This document shows positions 58,958 to 64,000 of a stretch of 64,000 nt of DNA, piece by piece (position 1 is the first letter of the stretch; every line of letters begins with the position of its first letter). This DNA comes from Anaerolineae bacterium (lineage in GTDB: Bacteria; Chloroflexota; Anaerolineae; Epilineales; JAHCIE01). The notes beneath the pieces are model-generated. The model did no database searches and was not told where the DNA came from. It saw only the letters and a list, made by a program, of their open reading frames with translations. The position numbers and the translations under genes are program-made. The DNA lies in contig JAXLWJ010000004.1 of the NCBI GenBank assembly GCA_046328535.1, positions 87,800-151,799 on the forward strand, read 5' to 3'.

Positions 58958-61900
58958 ATGCACACGATCGCGATCACGTGCCTCGGTGAGTTTGAGGTCG
59001 TCGTTGCTGGCCGCAGCGCGGCGCACTTCCCGACCGACAAAGTCCGCGCGCTCCTGGTGTACCTGGCGCTCGAGGCGGATCGTCCCCACAGCCGCCAGGT
59101 CTTGACGGGCCTCCTGTGGCCCGATCAACCCCAGGACCGGGCGTTCAGTAACCTGCGCACCACACTGCGCCGCCTGCGCCAGGCCCTGGATGCAGCGGCG
59201 CCGTCCGTTGCCGACGCAGCCCTCATCACGACACGCCAGACCCTGCGCGCGCACCCGGAGGCGTTCAGCGTGGACGTCCTCACCATTGCTGACCTGAGCG
59301 CCGCCTGCGCGGGCCACGATCACGCCGATCTGACGACCTGCGCCCCCTGCCTGATGCGTCTCGAGCAGGTCGCGACGTTGTACCAGGGCCACCTGCTCGC
59401 CGGCTTCTCACTCCCCGATGCGGCCCCCTTCGAGGAGTGGCTGGTCATTCGCCGCGAGATGGTCGAGCAGCAAGCCCTGGCCGCTTTGCAGACCCTGGCA
59501 GAGGCGCACCTGATGCAGGGCCAGTACGATCAGGCGCTCGCCTACGCCACACGTCAGCTCACCCTCGACCCCTACCGCGAACACGCCTATCGCCAGGCGA
59601 TGCGCGCCCTGGCCTCGACGAGCCAGCGGGCTTCGGCGCTGGCGCACTACGAACGGTGGGCGGAGGCGCTACGCAACGAGCTAGGGGTGGAGCCGGACGC
59701 GGAGACCACCGCCCTCGCCGAACAGATACGCAGCGGACGCTTCCGCCCCCCCGTCGCCCCTGTGAACGCGCTCGCCCTCGCTGACCCGCTTCTCGCGCCC
59801 CCGGCGACGCTGCCGGCCTACGTCGGCGCGTTTGTCGGGCGCGAGCAGAATGTGGCCGAGCTTATGGCTCTGCTGGAGCAGCCCGAGGTGCGGCTGCTGA
59901 CCATCGTGGGCGCGGGCGGCATGGGCAAGACACGCCTGGCCGCGGAAGTGGCCCGCCTCCAGCAGCGTCGCCACCCCGACGGCGTCGTGTTCGTTCCGCT
60001 GGCCTCGGTGACGCAGCCGACGGCCATCGCCAACACCCTGGCCGCCGCCCTGGGGGTGACGGGGCGCGGCATAGCCCCGCACCTGGCGGTGACTCAGGCG
60101 CTGCGGCACAGACGCACGCTCATCGTTCTGGACAACTTCGAGCATGTCCTGGACGGAAGCGATGTCGTCGTCGAGCTGCTAGAGTCGGCCCCTCACACCC
60201 AGGTCATTGTCACCTCGCGCGAGCGCCTCAACGTGCGCGGCGAGTACGTCTATCCCATGCGGGGCATGGAGTATGACCTTGCCGCGCCACTGGCGGCAGC
60301 GGCGGCCTTGCCCGCTGTGCGTTTGTTCGCGCAGTGTGCGCGACGCATCCGCCCCGACTTCGAGCTGAACGCGGCGACTCTGCCGCATGTGCTGCGCATC
60401 TGCCACCTTGTGCAGGGGATGCCGCTCGGCCTCGAACTGGCGGCGGCCTGGGTCGAGACCCTCAGCGTGGCGGAGATTGCCGCCGAGATCGAGGCGAACG
60501 CCGATTTCCTGGCCCACGACTGGCGGGACGCGCCGGCACGGCAACGCAGCCTGCGGGCGGTGTTCGACTGGTCATGGCGGTTGTTGACCGACACCGAGCA
60601 GAGCGCCCTCCGCCATCTCTCGGTATTTCGCGGTGGCTTCACCCGCGACGCCGCCCGCGTTGTGGTGGGGGCATCGCTGCGCGTCCTGACCGACCTGGTC
60701 CGCAAGTCGCTGCTCCAGCGCGGCGAGACCGGGGCCGCGGTGGGCCGCTATGAAATGCACGAGCTGGTGCGCCAGTTCGCCGCCGAGCGAAACGCGGCGG
60801 GCGACGCGACCGAGGCGGTGGCCGCCCGCCACGCCGACTACTACGCGGCCTTCCTCCAGGAGAACGAGGCGGCCCTCGCCGGCGCTGGACAGAGCGTGGC
60901 CCTCAATGCCATCGGCGCGGAGATAGACAACGTCCGCGCCGCCTGGCGCTGGCACGTCGCCCAGGGTCAGGTGGCGGGCATCGCGCAGGCCGTCGAAGCC
61001 TACAGTCTGTTCTGCGAGCTGCGCAGCTGGCGGCAGGAAGGCGACGACGCCCTACGCAGCGCGTTTGAGCGCCTGGCTCCGCCGCCCGGCGCCGCCCTCC
61101 CGGAGCCGACGCGCCTCACCCTGAGCCGCCTGCTCGCCTGGCGCGGGCGATTCGCCCAGTTCTTGGGGCGGAATGAACAGTCCGAGGCGATGTTGGCCCA
61201 GAGCCTGGCGCTCGCCGCCGGCCTGGACGACAAGCGTCTGACCGCCTTCTGCCTCGCCAGCCGGGGGATCAACGCCAACATTCGCGGTGACTACCTTGAG
61301 TCGAGCCGGCTGGAGCAGGAAGCGATCACGCTCTACCGGGCGGTGGGGGACGTGTCCGGCATGGCGGAGACGCTCAACCGCCTGGGCGGTAACTACTACG
61401 ACATGGGCGCGTTCCCCGAGGCAAAGCGCTGCTGGCAGGAGAGTTACGCGCTGTTCAGGAGCGTTGGCGACCGCAGTGGCATGGCGCGCGGGTTGAGCAA
61501 CCTGGGGGAAGTGGCGCGCCACCTGGGTGACTACGCCACATCGCGGCAGCAGGCCGAGGAGAGCCTGGCCCTCCTCCACGAGATCGGCCACGGCTGGCAG
61601 GCTATCCACCCGCTGAACAACCTGGGCATACTCGCTCATTTTGCCGGCCGATACGACGAGGCGCGGCGTCTCCACCGCGAGTGCCTGACAATCGCGCAAG
61701 ACATCTGCGACCAGCGCCTGATCGCCACCTCACAGTTGAGGTTGGCGGCTGTGTCAATGGAGAGCGGCGCGCTTCAGGAAGCCCACGAGTTGCACGCCGC
61801 GAGTCTGGCCCACTATCGCCAGATCGGCCACCTTCGCGGCATCGTCGCCTGCCTGACGAGCATGGGGCAGTTGGCTATCCGCCGCGGTGATCACGCGGCA

Positions 61901-62398
61901 GCCCCGCGCCTGTTCGAGGCGAGCCTGGAGATTGCCCAGGTCATTGGCGACCGGCTGGCGGTGAGCAGGGCGCTGAGCGGCCTCGGCTGGTCGCTGGCGC
62001 TCGTCGGCGACGAAGCGCTGGCGGGGCGCGCGCTCAGCATCGCGTTCGATACGTTCACCGAGATCCAGGCCATGCCCGATGCCCTGCAAGTCCTCGCCAT
62101 GACGGCGGCGCTCCTGGTGCGGGCGGGGGGTGGTGACGTCGGCGTGGCGGACGCGCCGACTCGTTCTCAGCACGCCCGGCGCCTGCTGGCGTTGGTGCAG
62201 AGCCACCCGGCCGCGTGGGAGAGCACACGGGCATGGGCGGCGCGTTTGCAGGCAGAACTCGCCAGCCCGCTCTCTGAAGCGGTTATGCAGCCGCCCCACG
62301 CAACGACGCGGATGATCGGCGGGGCAGATCTGGCGCAAATCCTATCATGCTACGGCCGTGAAGTAGCCGAGCCGCAGCCCAGACCTCTCACGGAGTGA
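58958..62398 (+). CDS. SARP/AfsR-family transcriptional regulator (OmpR-type winged helix + BTAD + NB-ARC P-loop ATPase + TPR repeats)
   Basis: 1146 aa. N-terminal LGEFEVVVAGRSAAHFPTDKVRALLVYLAL...LLWPD...NLRTTLRRLRQAL (SARP DNA-binding domain); BTAD region; Walker A GAGGMGKTRLAAEVA; extensive C-terminal TPR-like repeats. ATG 58958. Confidence 0.9.
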   Translation: MHTIAITCLGEFEVVVAGRSAAHFPTDKVRALLVYLALEADRPHSRQVLTGLLWPDQPQDRAFSNLRTTLRRLRQALDAAAPSVADAALITTRQTLRAHPEAFSVDVLTIADLSAACAGHDHADLTTCAPCLMRLEQVATLYQGHLLAGFSLPDAAPFEEWLVIRREMVEQQALAALQTLAEAHLMQGQYDQALAYATRQLTLDPYREHAYRQAMRALASTSQRASALAHYERWAEALRNELGVEPDAETTALAEQIRSGRFRPPVAPVNALALADPLLAPPATLPAYVGAFVGREQNVAELMALLEQPEVRLLTIVGAGGMGKTRLAAEVARLQQRRHPDGVVFVPLASVTQPTAIANTLAAALGVTGRGIAPHLAVTQALRHRRTLIVLDNFEHVLDGSDVVVELLESAPHTQVIVTSRERLNVRGEYVYPMRGMEYDLAAPLAAAAALPAVRLFAQCARRIRPDFELNAATLPHVLRICHLVQGMPLGLELAAAWVETLSVAEIAAEIEANADFLAHDWRDAPARQRSLRAVFDWSWRLLTDTEQSALRHLSVFRGGFTRDAARVVVGASLRVLTDLVRKSLLQRGETGAAVGRYEMHELVRQFAAERNAAGDATEAVAARHADYYAAFLQENEAALAGAGQSVALNAIGAEIDNVRAAWRWHVAQGQVAGIAQAVEAYSLFCELRSWRQEGDDALRSAFERLAPPPGAALPEPTRLTLSRLLAWRGRFAQFLGRNEQSEAMLAQSLALAAGLDDKRLTAFCLASRGINANIRGDYLESSRLEQEAITLYRAVGDVSGMAETLNRLGGNYYDMGAFPEAKRCWQESYALFRSVGDRSGMARGLSNLGEVARHLGDYATSRQQAEESLALLHEIGHGWQAIHPLNNLGILAHFAGRYDEARRLHRECLTIAQDICDQRLIATSQLRLAAVSMESGALQEAHELHAASLAHYRQIGHLRGIVACLTSMGQLAIRRGDHAAAPRLFEASLEIAQVIGDRLAVSRALSGLGWSLALVGDEALAGRALSIAFDTFTEIQAMPDALQVLAMTAALLVRAGGGDVGVADAPTRSQHARRLLALVQSHPAAWESTRAWAARLQAELASPLSEAVMQPPHATTRMIGGADLAQILSCYGREVAEPQPRPLTE

Positions 62399-62416
62399 GG
62401 GGGGAGAGGTGGAACG

Positions 62417-62806
62417 ATGACTGATAACGTTGCCGAGGACAGGCTGACGAACAACACGCTGGACACGGTCCGACGATTCAACGACGCCGTCAATCGCCAC
62501 GACATAGCCGCGGTCATGGCGGCCATGACCGCGGACTGCGTGTTCGAGAATACGTACCCGCCGCCAGACGGCGAGCGTTACGTCGGACAGGCCGCTGTTC
62601 GCGCCTTCTGGGAGGGGTTCTTTGCCTCCTCGCCCCACGCGATTTTTGAAACCGAGGACATCTTCGCGGCCGGCGACCGCTGCGCGGTGTGCTGGCTTTA
62701 CCGCTGGAGCGACGAGGCGGGGCAGCCAGGACACGTGCGCGGCGTGGATGTGTTTCGCGTGCGCGATGGCAAGGTGGCCGAGAAACTGGCCTACGTCAAG
62801 GGCTGA
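62417..62806 (+). CDS. SnoaL-like/NTF2-fold small protein
   Basis: 129 aa. ...RFNDAVNRHDIAAVMAAMTADCVFENT... is typical of SnoaL/ketosteroid-isomerase-like proteins. Strong SD GGAGAGGTGG lies upstream. Confidence 0.7.
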   Translation: MTDNVAEDRLTNNTLDTVRRFNDAVNRHDIAAVMAAMTADCVFENTYPPPDGERYVGQAAVRAFWEGFFASSPHAIFETEDIFAAGDRCAVCWLYRWSDEAGQPGHVRGVDVFRVRDGKVAEKLAYVKG

Positions 62807-62867
62807 TTGCGGCACCGCTCTTGTGTCGTGCGACGGCCGCGCCCAATGGCCCGCTTGTTATTGTGGC

Positions 62868-63692
62868 CTACACGCCGCTGAAGGCGCTGAACCCGCCGTC
62901 CACGGGGACGACGATGCCGTTAACGAAGCTCGCGCCCGGGCTGCACAGCCAGATGAGCGTGCTAATCAGCTCGTCCGGCTCGCCGAAGCGGCCGGCCGGC
63001 GTGTGGTCAATGATCGTCTGGCCGCGCGCCGTGAGGGCGCCGTCCTCGTTGAGCAGCAGGCTGCGGTTCTGCTCGCCGATGAAAAAGCCCGGCGCGATGG
63101 CGTTGACGCGAATGCCGCCGCCGAAGGAGCGCGCCAGCTCGACGGCCAGCCAGCGCGTTGCGTTGTCCACCGCCGCCTTCGCCACGCCGTAGCCGACGAC
63201 GCGCGTCAGCGCCCGCTGCGCCGCCATCGAAGAGACGTTGACGATGCTGCCCCTCTTCGCCTGCGCCATCGCCTCGCCGAAGACCTGGATCGGCAGGAGC
63301 GTGCCGTTCAGGTTCAAGGCGATGACCGGCTGCATGCCCTCGACCGGCAGGGTGAAGAAGGATTGGCCCGGCGGGAGGGTGGCCGATGGCATGTTCCCGC
63401 CCGCCGCGTTGACCAGGATATCGAGCCGCCCCCACTGCGCCAGCGCCGCGTAGCGGGCCGCTTCGAGCTGCTGGCGGTCGAGGACGTCGGCGGGCAGCGC
63501 CACCGCCTCACCGCCCAGGCGCTCGATGTCGGCGGCAACCGCCTCAGCCTGCTCGCGGCGGCGGCCCAGGACACCGACCCTGGCGCCAGCCTGCGCCAGC
63601 CCGCGCGCCATAGCGCCGCCCAGCACACCCGTGCCGCCGGTGATGACCGCAACCTGGCCGTCGAGACCGAACAGATGATGAAGTGTGTCCAT
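62868..63692 (-). CDS. SDR-family short-chain dehydrogenase/reductase
   Basis: Probable start is ATG 63690-63692 (MDTLHHLFGLDGQVAVITGGTGVLG, Rossmann TGxxxGxG). The ORF track begins at a TTG 30 nt upstream. Contains NAAG and YGVAKAA (YxxxK) catalytic motifs. Confidence 0.85.
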   Translation of the reverse strand: MDTLHHLFGLDGQVAVITGGTGVLGGAMARGLAQAGARVGVLGRRREQAEAVAADIERLGGEAVALPADVLDRQQLEAARYAALAQWGRLDILVNAAGGNMPSATLPPGQSFFTLPVEGMQPVIALNLNGTLLPIQVFGEAMAQAKRGSIVNVSSMAAQRALTRVVGYGVAKAAVDNATRWLAVELARSFGGGIRVNAIAPGFFIGEQNRSLLLNEDGALTARGQTIIDHTPAGRFGEPDELISTLIWLCSPGASFVNGIVVPVDGGFSAFSGV

Positions 63693-64000
63693 GTGGTGTC
63701 CCCGCTTGTTGTAAATTGACAAAGGAGGTGACGATGTCCTACAGTTAGCGCGCCGAACCCGTTCCGAGAACGGGAGCTAACTCATGGTGGACAGCGACAC
63801 CTTCCCACTGGAATTGTACGTCATGGCCGATGCCTTCGTCAAAGCCCGGTTGAGCGACGACGCCCTGTCGAGCGGTTGAACTAATTGTTGCCGTTATCGC
63901 GCTGGCGGTGGAGAGCCACCTCCAGCGCCTCCAAGGGGCGGCGGAGTTGTCACTCCACCGCCAGCGGGGGATGGGTAGCGGCACTATTTCGTTCCCGCAG

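Noticed and set aside
63723-63984. Tiny ORFs (MSYS*, 31-aa MVDSDTFPLELYVMADAFVKARLSDDALSSG*) and a gttagc...gctaac nested hairpin after the SDR gene
   Set aside because: Too short and incomplete at the window edge to support a feature. The hairpin is noted but not called.
1-64000. tRNA, rRNA, tmRNA, CRISPR
   Set aside because: No cloverleaf-compatible 70-90-nt candidates or rRNA-like conserved stretches were noticed in the intergenic regions. None reported.

Overview
This is a high-GC (~70%) window with no obvious SD dependence, consistent with a Chloroflexi-, Actinobacteria- or Myxobacteria-like genome. Almost all of it is one minus-strand surface-protein and glycan locus. (1) At 96-10976 (minus) lies a 10-gene glycan biosynthesis operon headed by a NusG-paralog antiterminator. 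It encodes a GHMP heptose kinase, a GmhB-like phosphatase, two hexapeptide acetyltransferases, a GT2 polyprenyl-phosphate glycosyltransferase, a B12-radical-SAM enzyme, a DegT-type aminotransferase, a CgeB-like glycosyltransferase and an ArnT/PMT-like GT-C membrane glycosyltransferase. (2) Three tandem, co-oriented paralogs of a giant (~13.6 kb, ~4500 aa) modular surface-protein gene follow. Their products carry TSP3 Ca-binding repeats, a 7-bladed FG-GAP propeller, three right-handed beta-helix modules, Ig-like domains and a C-terminal CBM9/DOMON-like module. Copy 1 (11812-25416) is intact. Copy 2 (27708-41294) is intact for 3253 aa and then decays into a frameshift-riddled C-terminal third. 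Copy 3 (42963-56066) carries an extra propeller insertion and two frameshifts, and stops exactly at the module boundary next to an IS630-family insertion. (3) A stand-alone gene (56085-58238) encodes only the C-terminal module with its own signal peptide, directly upstream of copy 3. (4) A lower-GC AbiL-like two-gene abortive-infection pair (AAA_21 ATPase plus RloB-like, 25710-27678, plus strand) with a canonical sigma70 promoter and SD sits between copies 1 and 2. (5) A SARP/AfsR-family regulator (58958-62398) flanks the array, followed by a SnoaL-like protein and an SDR oxidoreductase. Non-coding signal includes a covarying CGACT/AGTCG double-hairpin repeat family at gene and module junctions, a 57-bp promoter motif shared by copy 1 and the stand-alone gene, a 4x direct-repeat array upstream of copy 2, and MITE-like G/C-tract hairpin clusters. 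No tRNA, rRNA or CRISPR arrays were seen. The provided ORF track reports GTG/TTG starts as M.
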